A stretch of DNA of 64,000 nucleotides from Candidatus Woesearchaeota archaeon (lineage in GTDB: Archaea > Nanobdellota > Nanobdellia > Pacearchaeales > GW2011-AR1): assembly GCA_964418095.1 (NCBI GenBank), contig CAYQKM010000001.1, positions 4,173-68,172 of the forward strand, read 5' to 3'. Of this stretch, positions 37,756-47,574 are shown piece by piece. The position numbers and the translations under genes are program-made. The notes under the pieces are model-generated. The model did no database searches. It was not told where the DNA came from and saw only the letters and a list, made by a program, of their open reading frames with translations. Every line of letters begins with the position of its first letter. Within the stretch, counting starts at the first letter, position 1.

Positions 37756-38454
37756 TCATCTCTTTCTCTCCATCCAGCTCCAATAACGCTCTTTTCCGAT
37801 AACTACATGATCCAAAACAGTTATACCAATTGTTTTTCCAACTTCAATAAATCTTTTTGTTATATCTAAATCTTCTTGACTCGGTTCTGAATTTCCACTT
37901 GGATGGTTATGCACAAGTATAATTCGAGCCGCACTGTTTTTTATTGCAGGCTTGAAAACTTCTCTTGGATGAAGAATTGCTGAATCAAGTATGCCTTTAG
38001 AAATAAATTCCTTTTTTATTATATTGTTCTGATTATTCAATAATAAAATATAGAAATGTTCTTCTTTTTTATCTTTTAACTCTTCATGCATTAAATCAAA
38101 AACATCTTTTGCACAGGAAATCTTCTTTACAGGAGTTTTTGATTGATTTATTCTTCTTTGAATTTCTGCCATTGTTAGTATTTGCATTGCTTTGTTTTGC
38201 CCAATCCCTTTTATCTTTTGCAGCTCTATTAGTGAGCATTCAAAAAGCTTGCCTAAACCATATTCTTTAATCATCCTATTAGACATATCAATAGCATTTT
38301 CTCCGCCTTCATATTTTCCTTCTTTATTCTTTTTACCTCTTGTTCCTGTTCTCAGAATAATTGCAAAAAGCTCTGCATCACTTAATGCTTCTGGACCATA
38401 TTTAAGAAATCTTTCTCTTGGTCTATTTGAACTCGGAAGGTCCTTTATTTTCAT
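37756..38454 (-). CDS. radC: RadC/JAB-domain protein
   Basis: RPRERF...G..LSDAEL, HhH KGIG, HPREVF, HNHPSG..EPS.ED, LDHVVIG. Confidence 0.94.
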   Translation of the reverse strand: MKIKDLPSSNRPRERFLKYGPEALSDAELFAIILRTGTRGKKNKEGKYEGGENAIDMSNRMIKEYGLGKLFECSLIELQKIKGIGQNKAMQILTMAEIQRRINQSKTPVKKISCAKDVFDLMHEELKDKKEEHFYILLLNNQNNIIKKEFISKGILDSAILHPREVFKPAIKNSAARIILVHNHPSGNSEPSQEDLDITKRFIEVGKTIGITVLDHVVIGKERYWSWMERKR

Positions 38455-38479
38455 AAAGAAAATAAGAAAAAACAAGTTT

Positions 38480-39394
38480 TTATTGATTTATGTTTATTGC
38501 TTCCTCACTTAAACCCTCTTTTTCATTTAGAGTATTTTTATTATTAATCATTTTTACAACTATGTCAACTTGATGTTGATTTAAAAAATGAGAATTGAAT
38601 GAAAACAATCCCTTGAATTCATCATTCATTAAATTAAATTTTGTCCTTCCATAATACCGAATGTCTAATAAACCAAAAACATGACCTGTTTCATGAGCCA
38701 AATTCCAACCTGTAAAATCAGAAATCCACGATTTTTCTTGACTAACTAAAGCAAAATTAAGTCCACATAATGATCCTCTTCCAGCATGTTTAGAGTTATT
38801 ATTATCCAAAAAAATTATGTTAGAGTTTTCTGTATTATCTACTAATTTACTTAAGATAATAGTATAATTCAAACATTCTTCTTCATTATTACCATTACCA
38901 AACAAAAAAAGAATCTCTTCTTGGGACAGATTAATATTTTTCTTTACAATTTGAGAGTATTCTATTGAAATATTATACTTTTCCCACACTTCTTTATTAT
39001 AATTTAAATAAGAATTAAGTTTTTTATCTTCAATTACATTATTTATAACATAGACATCAAATGAAATATTTTTTTCTTCAAAATTTACTCCTTGTGTCAT
39101 ATCATATTGTGCAAAGAAGATAACAGATAAAAATAGGCAGATAGTAGAGGTGAAGAAAAGTTTAGAAAACAACCAGAGAGGCCCCTTAAATTCTTTTTTA
39201 GTAAAATAATAGTACAAAAAAATTAATGCTGAACTCAAGATAATTGAAAAGGCAATCACTAATGGGTGTATTGTTTGATTTAAAAGAACAACAGATAAAA
39301 TAAAGATAAAAATGGATAATACAAAAATAAAAAAATCCAATGAAAAATAATCTATTTGTATATTATTATCACTTTTGTTTAATTTTCCTTTCAT
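38480..39394 (-). CDS. Membrane-anchored zincin metallopeptidase
   Basis: Three N-terminal TMs, LAHETGHVFGL, Met-turn NLM. Confidence 0.75.
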   Translation of the reverse strand: MKGKLNKSDNNIQIDYFSLDFFIFVLSIFIFILSVVLLNQTIHPLVIAFSIILSSALIFLYYYFTKKEFKGPLWLFSKLFFTSTICLFLSVIFFAQYDMTQGVNFEEKNISFDVYVINNVIEDKKLNSYLNYNKEVWEKYNISIEYSQIVKKNINLSQEEILFLFGNGNNEEECLNYTIILSKLVDNTENSNIIFLDNNNSKHAGRGSLCGLNFALVSQEKSWISDFTGWNLAHETGHVFGLLDIRYYGRTKFNLMNDEFKGLFSFNSHFLNQHQVDIVVKMINNKNTLNEKEGLSEEAININQ

Positions 39395-39532
39395 TTTTTA
39401 CAATTGCTTAACAAAGAATCTGCCTAATCATAATAATTTTAATTATCTGAATTAGAATAAAAGTAAGAAAAGTGAGATTTAGTGTTAAAAGTAAATAAAA
39501 AACTACATGCAAAATCTTATTTAATTTCTTTT

Positions 39533-39910
39533 TCACCTCACTATCCCTCCAGCCTTAATCCAGTCTTCTTTTTCCCTTTGAGCTAAAGATTTCTGCTGTT
39601 TCTGTTCTTTTTCTTCTTCAATTTTCTCTTTCTTTTCTTCTTTTTCTCTCTCTTCCTGAATTTTCTCCCAAATCTCAGGCTTAAGCTCTTTGAAAATAGT
39701 TTTGTATTCTTCTGGATATTCTCCTTCTAATGCTTTCATCTTATATCCTACACCTAATCCAAATTTCTTACCAAGAATATACTTTTCAATATAAATTAAA
39801 TCATCAATATATTCTTTATCTCTCTTCCAATCTGCTTTATTTAGCTTTTCCTTTATGAATTTTGATTTTACTTCTGTATATTTTCCCATTTTTCCATGTG
39901 TCCAAACCAT
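39533..39910 (-). CDS. Hypothetical protein
   Basis: 125-aa ORF with charged C-terminal helix. Confidence 0.55.
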   Translation of the reverse strand: MVWTHGKMGKYTEVKSKFIKEKLNKADWKRDKEYIDDLIYIEKYILGKKFGLGVGYKMKALEGEYPEEYKTIFKELKPEIWEKIQEEREKEEKKEKIEEEKEQKQQKSLAQREKEDWIKAGGIVR

Positions 39911-39997
39911 TTATTCTAAATAAACCTCCCTTTTAAACATTTCTATTAAATAGTATAATTATATATTAACAAGTATAAAAATATATAAACAAAGCAT

Positions 39998-40019
39998 ATT
40001 TTGCATTTTTATGCAAAAT
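39998..40019. promoter_or_regulatory. Perfect palindrome ATTTTGCAT-N4-ATGCAAAAT abutting the TATA of the CARF-HTH gene
   Basis: 9-4-9 inverted repeat followed by TTATATAAA. Confidence 0.6.
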
Positions 40020-40066
40020 TATATAAATCAAAAAAACTACCTCAATCCTATAAAGAGAGTGAATTT

Positions 40067-40669
40067 ATGGGAAAAAAAATATTAATTGCAACAGTTTACA
40101 GCCCAGAGCCTGTGCTTTTAGCAGCTACAAGACTTGGACCAGATAGGATGATTCTTCTAACAGATAAAGAACAAAATAAAGAGCAAGACACCTCAGTCAA
40201 ACTTATCCAAAATTCATTAGGCAAAGTTATAGACATAAAAGTAATAAAAACAGACAATTACAATATAGTTGAAGTAGCTAAAAAAGTTGTTGAGATAATT
40301 GACATGCAACCTAATGATGACCACATTTTCATCAACATAACAAGTGGAAGAAAGACAAAAGCTATAGGACTTTTATTTGCAGCATATGCTAGACATGATA
40401 AAGTTAGTAAAATAGCATATAACCCTGAAGAAGATAAAAACAAAGTAATCTACTTACCCCGTCTAAGCTTTAAGCTCACAGAAAGTCAAAAAGCAATTCT
40501 AGAAGAAATAGATAAGCACCCAGGTTTAAGCATTGCAGATATCTCAAAAAAAGTTGAACTTTCAACAGCAATGCTCTATAGAGCAATAGGGGAATTAGAA
40601 GACCTGGATTTCATAAGTAAAGAAAACGGTTATGAATTAACTGATGCTGGAAGGATTGCGAGGTTATAA
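40067..40669 (+). CDS. CARF + winged-HTH regulator (Csa3-like)
   Basis: KILIATVY strand, FINITSGRK CARF motif II, LPRL linker, wHTH LSTAMLYRAIGELEDLDFI...LTDAG. Confidence 0.85.
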   Translation: MGKKILIATVYSPEPVLLAATRLGPDRMILLTDKEQNKEQDTSVKLIQNSLGKVIDIKVIKTDNYNIVEVAKKVVEIIDMQPNDDHIFINITSGRKTKAIGLLFAAYARHDKVSKIAYNPEEDKNKVIYLPRLSFKLTESQKAILEEIDKHPGLSIADISKKVELSTAMLYRAIGELEDLDFISKENGYELTDAGRIARL

Positions 40670-40714
40670 TATGAGAAATAAAAAAAATCTAAAGATGTTT
40701 AATACACAATAAAA

Positions 40715-43381
40715 ATGACAGACTTAAACTTTCTCAAAGATCTCAATGAGGAAAAGCAAAAGATAGCAAAAACAGATGGAAATGTTCTTGTTGTTGCAAA
40801 CCCTGGAACAGGAAAAACAATGCTTCTCGCCTACAAATTCATTTATCTATTAAAAAAAGAGATTAAGCCAGAAGAAATTCTTTGCTTAACATTCACAAAC
40901 AAAGCAAAAAGAGAACTTGAAGATAGAATAATCTCTCTAATAAAAAAATTAAATATGGACATAGACATCTCAAAGCTTAATGTCCATACATTCCACTCTT
41001 ACACTCTTGACTTTATGGAAGAAGAGAAAGTAGTCTCTTCAAACTTGCTTAGATACTCAATTTACCAATATCTAAAAGAATATGAGATACTAAATTATTC
41101 TGACGAATATTTACTAGAAACAATTGTCCCAAGAATGGAAAATCTTTTAAGATATTTAAAGAGTTTTGGAATCACCCCAGATAAAATTAATTTAAATGAA
41201 TCTAAAAAATTTATAGAAGAAGATGGAAAACTTACAAAACAAGAACTTGACAAATTTGCTGAACACTTTGTAGACATCTTCAAGTATTATGAAAAATCCA
41301 AAGAGAAAAAAGGAGTAGATTATTCAGATATGCTCATAAATTACTTAAATATAAATAACCCGTCAAAATTCAAGTATGTTCTTGTTGATGAGCTGCAAGA
41401 TGTAAATACAATTGAAGCAGATATAGCATTAAAATCAGGAGAAAATTTTGTTGCAGTAGGAGATAAAAAGCAAGCAATATTTGGCTTCCAAGGAGGCTCC
41501 ATACTAAACTTTGAGAAATTCAGTAACTCAACTAATTTTATACTATCAGACAATTTTAGAAGCACAAACGAAGTCCTTGATTACTCAAAAGAAGCATTCA
41601 CTTCAAAAACAAAAGACTCTGTCCATAAAGAAGATTTAAAGAATTTAAAAAATAGAGAAGCAAAACCTGCCCTTAAACCTAAAATTTACGAAGCTGAAAG
41701 AGAAAACACCTACAAAGTTGCTTCTGAATTAACTAGAAAACTATCCAGAGATTATAAGAAAGTTGCAATAATTGCAAGAACAAACTATCAAATAATGGAA
41801 ATGTCCAAAGAATTAAAAAATAGAGGAATAGAACATTCTTCTACTTTCTTCTCAGCCTCAGCAAATGCTAAAAATAAGATAATAGATTTCATTAAAGGAA
41901 TATTAAGCAGAGATGTGCAAATAATAAAGAACTCTATGTTTACCCCTTTCTTCCCATGCACAATACAAGAGGCTTTTAATATAGCTAATCAAAAAACAAA
42001 AACAATTGAAGATATTTACAGATTATGTCCAGAATTTAAAAAACTAAGAGAATCAATAAAAACAATTGAAGATTTAAACATTATATTCAAAGAAAGAATA
42101 ATTCCAATATCAATCAATTATGGAAAAGAGTTCCTACTGTCAGCACTAAATGTCCAAGAAGCATTAGGAGAGGCAATAAGGGTTATTGATGTTCTTAATA
42201 TGAAAAACATAATAGACTACTTAAGATCCTCAGACTTTTTAGTTGATGGGTCAGATGTTGAAAAACAAATAATCCTCACTACAGTTCACAAGGCAAAAGG
42301 CAAAGAGTATGATGCTGTAATTTACATTCCAAGTAAAACAAGAGACACTTCTAGTTTCCAAGATAAGATAGTTGAAGCAATCTTAAAATCTAAAGGAATA
42401 GATGCTAAAGAAGAGCTTGAAGAAGAAGCATTAAGAATAGATTTTGTTGCATTTACAAGGGCAAAAACAAAGCTTTGCATAGTTACAAATAAACTTGAAG
42501 AACACTTAAATAAATATGCAGAAGCAGACACAATACAAGTAGAATCCATTGAAAGCTCTAGTTTAAATGAAAAATCAAAAAGAGCATTTGATTTGTTTGT
42601 AAATGGAGAGTATGATAAAGCAAGAGAATTAATGGAAAATGACAAATCTTGGATAATCTCTTACATAAAAAACCATTTTGAGAATCTTCCACACATTTCT
42701 TTTTCAGGTCTTAATAATGACCCTTATGAGTATCTTATGTACAATATTTTAAACATAAAGAAATTTTCATCTTCATTAAGCATAGGAGGAGATGTTCATA
42801 AAATTGCGAGCCTTTTATGTGAAAATAAAAAATGTGAGGTGGAAGAAGAATACAAACCTTACAAAGAAAATATAGAAAAACTTCTTAAAGAAATAAAAAA
42901 ACAATATCCAGAACTTGATGAAGTAGAACAAGAAGTAAAAATACCACTCTCTAAAATTGTTGAAACCAAAGATGAAATTCTCTTTAAAGGATTTATTGAT
43001 GCAGTATTCAAAAACAAAGATAATTATCTAATAGTTGACTGGAAAACAGACAAGGAAATGAGGAGCGCTTCAGATCATAGACAGCAACTTGAAGCATATA
43101 GAAGAGCATTTTCTATTAAGAAAAACATCCCTTTAAACAAAATAAAAGTAGCTATAGGGTTTATTGGGTTAAGAAGAACAATAAACACTGGAACAATTGA
43201 AAGCACATTTGATGAAAAACAACCAGTTAAATCATCTTTTGAAACATTCACAAAAAAAGTAAATAAAATACTAGAATGGAAAAAGAATCCAGACTCCTTC
43301 TTCAAAGATTTAATGGAGAAAGAATCTGATGAAGATCTTTGGAGAGCTGTTGTAGAGCAATACAAGAAAGAAAATAATTAA
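40715..43381 (+). CDS. UvrD/PcrA-type SF1 helicase fused to PD-(D/E)xK nuclease (AddA-like)
   Basis: ANPGTGKT, LTFTNKA, VDELQD, VGD.KQAIFGF, NFRS, TVHKAKGKE, VAFTRAK; C-terminal GFIDAV..IVDWKT...QLEAY. Confidence 0.9.
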   Translation: MTDLNFLKDLNEEKQKIAKTDGNVLVVANPGTGKTMLLAYKFIYLLKKEIKPEEILCLTFTNKAKRELEDRIISLIKKLNMDIDISKLNVHTFHSYTLDFMEEEKVVSSNLLRYSIYQYLKEYEILNYSDEYLLETIVPRMENLLRYLKSFGITPDKINLNESKKFIEEDGKLTKQELDKFAEHFVDIFKYYEKSKEKKGVDYSDMLINYLNINNPSKFKYVLVDELQDVNTIEADIALKSGENFVAVGDKKQAIFGFQGGSILNFEKFSNSTNFILSDNFRSTNEVLDYSKEAFTSKTKDSVHKEDLKNLKNREAKPALKPKIYEAERENTYKVASELTRKLSRDYKKVAIIARTNYQIMEMSKELKNRGIEHSSTFFSASANAKNKIIDFIKGILSRDVQIIKNSMFTPFFPCTIQEAFNIANQKTKTIEDIYRLCPEFKKLRESIKTIEDLNIIFKERIIPISINYGKEFLLSALNVQEALGEAIRVIDVLNMKNIIDYLRSSDFLVDGSDVEKQIILTTVHKAKGKEYDAVIYIPSKTRDTSSFQDKIVEAILKSKGIDAKEELEEEALRIDFVAFTRAKTKLCIVTNKLEEHLNKYAEADTIQVESIESSSLNEKSKRAFDLFVNGEYDKARELMENDKSWIISYIKNHFENLPHISFSGLNNDPYEYLMYNILNIKKFSSSLSIGGDVHKIASLLCENKKCEVEEEYKPYKENIEKLLKEIKKQYPELDEVEQEVKIPLSKIVETKDEILFKGFIDAVFKNKDNYLIVDWKTDKEMRSASDHRQQLEAYRRAFSIKKNIPLNKIKVAIGFIGLRRTINTGTIESTFDEKQPVKSSFETFTKKVNKILEWKKNPDSFFKDLMEKESDEDLWRAVVEQYKKENN

Positions 43382-43455
43382 AAAGTATTTTAAAAACATC
43401 TTCATTCAACATTCGAATAGGCAGGTTAATTCTCATTTAAAGTTTTTATAAGAAT

Positions 43456-44064
43456 TTAATCACTTAAATGGGAAATGTCGTTAATAAAATTAAATCTATA
43501 TCCTTCTTTATGTTTCTCATTAATTTCTAATTCTGTTAAGGAGCAATGTTCAATAAATAATTTGAAAATTGAATCATATAAATCCATCCCTAATAAACTT
43601 CCTATAAACACTTTAAGAAATGCACCATGAGAAACAACAAGGATTGTTTCTTGACTACCCCCATATTTTTCTTTTAATATTTCAAAGAATTTCTTTCCTC
43701 TTTCTCTAACTTCCTCTAAATTTTCTCCATCTGGTGCTTTTCGTGTCTCAAATGTACCTGGCAAATCATCCCAATTAAAATTTTTATGGTTCTTTCCAAC
43801 AAGAGAACCATTATCTTTTTCCCTGATTACTGAAGTATATTCTACAGGTAATTCTTTCTCTTTTAAGATATATTCAGTAGTTATTTTACATCTTGGTATA
43901 TCACTGGAAATTATTCTGCTTATGTTTTCAGTTTTTAATCTTTTAATTAACTCCCTTATTTGAGCAAATCCTTTCTCATTAACTTCTCCATGCTCTTTTC
44001 CCTGTACAATCCCCTCAGCATTTTGTTTAGTTTGTCCGTGTCTTGTAATTAATATCCTTACCAT
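43456..44064 (-). CDS. Histidine phosphatase (phosphoglycerate mutase family)
   Basis: RHGQT, SSD..R, VVSHG. Confidence 0.9.
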   Translation of the reverse strand: MVRILITRHGQTKQNAEGIVQGKEHGEVNEKGFAQIRELIKRLKTENISRIISSDIPRCKITTEYILKEKELPVEYTSVIREKDNGSLVGKNHKNFNWDDLPGTFETRKAPDGENLEEVRERGKKFFEILKEKYGGSQETILVVSHGAFLKVFIGSLLGMDLYDSIFKLFIEHCSLTELEINEKHKEGYRFNFINDISHLSD

Positions 44065-44113
44065 GTTTACCTGAAAGTCTTATGTTATTTAAACTTACCC
44101 GGGTTTGATATTA

Positions 44114-44770
44114 TTAAGAAAATATTTTATCTTCACTAACTCCAAGCTCAATTAAACTCTTTTTAACACCCTCAACAAATCCAGGAGGCCCACAAACATA
44201 AAAATACTTGCTAAAATCGCTTATTTCTTTTTTCAAAAAAGCCTTATTTACTTTTTTATTCAAATACCCTTTTCTCTTTTCTCCTGTTAATGAGAAAACA
44301 ACATTTTCACCAAGCATTTCACTTAATTCTTTCTCGCAAATAATATCTTTGTAAGTTTTATTAAAGAAAAAAAGCTTATTCTTCTTAACTATCTCTTCAC
44401 CTAAACTTCTAAACATACTTAAAAAAGGAGTTATACCTGCACCTCCTGCAATAAATACCCCTTCCCAATTATAATTAAAATAACTAAATGCTTCACCAAT
44501 AATTAACTCTTCTCCTGGATTTAACTCATGTATTTTTTCAGTTATTCCATTAGGATATTTCTTTATTATAAATTCAAGAACTTTTTCTTCTGGTCTTGAA
44601 GTAAATGTAAAAGGTCTCTTCTCATTTCTAAACCTAAGTGTATTTATTGAAACATCTGTAGCCTGTCCAGGATTAACAACATATCCTTCTGGTTTCTCTA
44701 CTATAATTCTCTTAACATCGTGTGTCTCAAAATCAATTTTAAGTATCTTAACAGTTTGTTCATTTATCAT
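44114..44770 (-). CDS. FAD/NAD(P)-binding ferredoxin-reductase-type oxidoreductase
   Basis: PGQA, RPFT, IAGGAGITPF, YVCGPP. Confidence 0.88.
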   Translation of the reverse strand: MINEQTVKILKIDFETHDVKRIIVEKPEGYVVNPGQATDVSINTLRFRNEKRPFTFTSRPEEKVLEFIIKKYPNGITEKIHELNPGEELIIGEAFSYFNYNWEGVFIAGGAGITPFLSMFRSLGEEIVKKNKLFFFNKTYKDIICEKELSEMLGENVVFSLTGEKRKGYLNKKVNKAFLKKEISDFSKYFYVCGPPGFVEGVKKSLIELGVSEDKIFS

Positions 44771-45164
44771 CTTTTTTAACTCCTGATTTATAGTTCTCAA
44801 TTGCTTTTTTTAAAGATTGAGCAGCCATAGCTGAGCAATGAATCTTAATATTAGGCAATCCTCCAAGTGCCTCAACAACATTCTTATAATTTATCTTCTC
44901 AACTTCACTTAGTTTTTTCCCCTTTGCAAGTTTTGTAATCATAGAAGAGGTCGCAATAGCAGCAGCACACCCAAAGGTTTTAAATTTTATATCTGTTAAA
45001 ATCTCCTCTCCTTTTTTATTCTTCTCAACCTTAATATATGTCCATAAAATATCTCCGCAAGTAGGATTTCCAATTTTTCCAATCCCACTCGCATTCTTTA
45101 TTTCCCCCATATTTTGCGGATTCATAAACTCTTTCAAAACTTTCTTGTTGTATTGGAGTGCCAT
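44760..45164 (-). CDS. iscU: Fe-S scaffold IscU/NifU-N
   Basis: NPTCGD, FKTFGCAAAIA, KIHC. Confidence 0.94.
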   Translation of the reverse strand: MALQYNKKVLKEFMNPQNMGEIKNASGIGKIGNPTCGDILWTYIKVEKNKKGEEILTDIKFKTFGCAAAIATSSMITKLAKGKKLSEVEKINYKNVVEALGGLPNIKIHCSAMAAQSLKKAIENYKSGVKKDDK

Positions 45165-45172
45165 TTTAAAAA

Positions 45173-45625
45173 TTAAATTAGTCCCTCTCCTTTTAAAATC
45201 TTTTTATGAGAATATGCTAATTCCATATCCTTAATTTCAGAAGCTTTAAACCATTTAACTTCAGAGGTTTCATCTTTAGGCTCAGCAATACTCTTAACTA
45301 TCTTGCCATAAAAAGGAACATCAATATTATGGAATTTACAATTCTTCTCAGGTAAATTTTCATAAATGTTTTTACTTCTTTTAATTATCTTAATCTCAAT
45401 TCCCATCTCTTCTCTAACTTCCCTCTTAGCAGCATCTGATAATTTTTCATTATATTCGGGTAATCCTCCAGGTAATCCCCAAAAATTAGGATATGAAATA
45501 ACATTCTTATTTCTCTTTCCAAGTAAAATTTCTTTCTTTGAATTCTGAATTATAACAGGAACACCTACTAAAACAAACTTAGGCTTTACAAACTTAGATG
45601 CAATTTTAACAATTGATTTTTTCAT
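45173..45625 (-). CDS. NUDIX hydrolase
   Basis: WGLPGG...E....AAKREVREEMG. Confidence 0.9.
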   Translation of the reverse strand: MKKSIVKIASKFVKPKFVLVGVPVIIQNSKKEILLGKRNKNVISYPNFWGLPGGLPEYNEKLSDAAKREVREEMGIEIKIIKRSKNIYENLPEKNCKFHNIDVPFYGKIVKSIAEPKDETSEVKWFKASEIKDMELAYSHKKILKGEGLI

Positions 45626-45858
45626 TTTTTCAATTTCTTTTTGCTTTTATTTAATTCCTTATTTAATTTAATAATAAATTTATCAATATCTTTATCACTC
45701 ATTCCATGAGCTTTGCACCCATCTTCAATTGTCTCCATTTGAGCCATAGGACACCCAACACACCCCATTCCAGAAGAAAGGAGCATTCCAGCTAATTCTG
45801 GTTTGTACCTAACCAACTCCAAAATATTTGTATTTTTAGTTATCTTTAGATTTTTCAT
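45622..45858 (-). CDS. DUF1858-type small Cys-motif protein
   Basis: GMGCVGCPMA..ETIE.G..AHG. Confidence 0.85.
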   Translation of the reverse strand: MKNLKITKNTNILELVRYKPELAGMLLSSGMGCVGCPMAQMETIEDGCKAHGMSDKDIDKFIIKLNKELNKSKKKLKK

Positions 45859-45878
45859 TTTCTTAATTTCTAAATAAT

Positions 45879-46016
45879 CTAGTATTCATCTTCTTCATAA
45901 AATTCACTCTCTTCTTCTTTGTAGTCAGCATCTTCTTGATCAAGTTCTTCTTCACATTCTGCTTCATTCTTGATATCACAAGAGTGCTCTTCAAACTGAT
46001 TTTTTCTTTTAGCCAT
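45879..46016 (-). CDS. 45-aa highly acidic microprotein, not in ORF track
   Basis: MAKRKNQFEEHSCDIKNEAECEEELDQEDADYKEEESEFYEEDEY; GGAGG RBS at 46021-46025. Confidence 0.65.
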   Translation of the reverse strand: MAKRKNQFEEHSCDIKNEAECEEELDQEDADYKEEESEFYEEDEY

Positions 46017-46046
46017 TTTTCCTCCAATATATTTAATTGAATATAT

Positions 46047-47198
46047 TTATCTAATAAGAGGGCTTATGCTCCTCAATTTTCTTACAACTTTAATTATTTT
46101 CTCAAGAAAATAATCTATTTCTTCTTCAGTTGTATATTTACTTATTGAGATTCTAAGAGAGCTATTAGAATGTAATGGTCCTAAACCGAGTGCTTTCAAA
46201 ACATGACTTGTTTGAAGAGTATTAGACATGCACGCACTTCCAGTTGAAGTGTAAATCTCTTCATTCTCTAAATACCCTCCAATAGCTTCTCCTTCAATAT
46301 TATTAAATGAAACATTAATATTATTACATAACCTTTTTTCTCCAACTGGCCCATTTAAATTAACATTCTCAATCTTCAACAATCCTTTAATCATCTTATC
46401 TCTTAAATCGCTCATTCTCTTAATGTCCTTTTTACTAACAATATCAACTGCTTTTGCAAATCCAACAATCCCAGGAATATTCTCTGTGCCACTTCTTAAT
46501 TTCCTTTCATGTCCCCCTCCATGTGCAAGAGGAGTAATCTCTACACCACTTCTAATATATAATGCACCAACACCTTTTGGACCATATATTTTATGTGCAT
46601 TTAAACTAACTAAATCTAAATTCTGTTTTTTAACATCTAAGAACACTTTTGTATAACTCTGACAAGCATCAGTATGAAATAATATGTTTTTCTCTTTACA
46701 CAATTTTCCAATTTCCTCAATATCTTGTATTGTTCCTATCTCATTATTGCCATGAATAATGCTTACTAAAAAAGTTTTATCTGTTATTTCTTTTTTAATA
46801 TCTTCAATATTAACAAATCCCTCTCTATCAACATCCAAATAAGTTACTTTTGCTCCTTGAGATTCTAACCATTTGCAAACATTTAATATTGAATCATGTT
46901 CTATCTTAGTTGTAATAATATGATTCTTTTGAGGATAATTTGAGAAAAATAAGCCTTTTAGTGCAAGATTATTTGACTCTGTTCCACCAGAAGTAAATAT
47001 AATCTCCCCAGAATTTGCTCTAATAGATTTAGCAATCTCTCTTCTACTTTTTTCAAGAACTTCTTTTGCTCTTATCCCTACATCATGCTGTGAAGAAGCA
47101 TTACCATATTTATCACTAAAATAAGGAAGCATTTCTTTTACAACCCTTTCATCAACTCTTGTTGTTGCTGCATTATCAAAATATATTTTGTTTTTCAT
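46047..47198 (-). CDS. iscS: Cysteine desulfurase IscS/NifS
   Basis: YFDNAATT, FTSGGTESNN, NNEIGTIQ, HKIYGPKG, STGSAC. Confidence 0.95.
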   Translation of the reverse strand: MKNKIYFDNAATTRVDERVVKEMLPYFSDKYGNASSQHDVGIRAKEVLEKSRREIAKSIRANSGEIIFTSGGTESNNLALKGLFFSNYPQKNHIITTKIEHDSILNVCKWLESQGAKVTYLDVDREGFVNIEDIKKEITDKTFLVSIIHGNNEIGTIQDIEEIGKLCKEKNILFHTDACQSYTKVFLDVKKQNLDLVSLNAHKIYGPKGVGALYIRSGVEITPLAHGGGHERKLRSGTENIPGIVGFAKAVDIVSKKDIKRMSDLRDKMIKGLLKIENVNLNGPVGEKRLCNNINVSFNNIEGEAIGGYLENEEIYTSTGSACMSNTLQTSHVLKALGLGPLHSNSSLRISISKYTTEEEIDYFLEKIIKVVRKLRSISPLIR

Positions 47199-47533
47199 TT
47201 TGAACACCCCTTACACTCTTTACAATTACAATAAGTCTTTGAATGTTTATCAATTAGTTTTAGCATTGGAATTATTGTATCTTTATTAAGAGAGTAAATT
47301 CTTTCTTTGCCTTTTTTTTCTACATTAACAAGATTGCATCTTCTCAATAAAGCCAATGCATGAGATACTTTGCTTTGCTCTACACCTAATTCAAAAGTTA
47401 AGTCTCCAACAGAACTTTTCTTTTCTTTAAGCACAGAAATTATCTTTATCTTAAGAGGATTTGCTAGGTTCCTAAAAAAAATATGATAAGTTGAAAAGTT
47501 TGAGATAATCTTGGGGTTTTTATTTTCTTTCAT
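47195..47533 (-). CDS. ArsR/SmtB regulator with C-terminal Cys cluster
   Basis: FRNLANP.K.KII, QSKVSHAL..LR...LV...K.G...YSL; tail CNCKECKGC. Confidence 0.88.
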   Translation of the reverse strand: MKENKNPKIISNFSTYHIFFRNLANPLKIKIISVLKEKKSSVGDLTFELGVEQSKVSHALALLRRCNLVNVEKKGKERIYSLNKDTIIPMLKLIDKHSKTYCNCKECKGCSK

Positions 47534-47551
47534 ATGAAATTTATTTCACAA
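47532..47551. promoter_or_regulatory. ArsR-type operator ATATGAA-N6-TTCACAA
   Basis: Adjacent to GTATTTATAAAT; mirrored at 48959-48978. Confidence 0.7.
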
Positions 47552-47574
47552 GTATTTATAAATATTGCGGAGTT

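Noticed and set aside
40001..40066. N-terminal extension of the CARF-HTH ORF from TTG 40001
   Set aside because: Overlaps the palindrome and TATA; ATG 40067 starts the CARF domain
42640..43381. Cas4 assignment for the nuclease domain
   Set aside because: Lacks the C-terminal Cys cluster of Cas4/AddB; fused to an SF1 helicase; no CRISPR context
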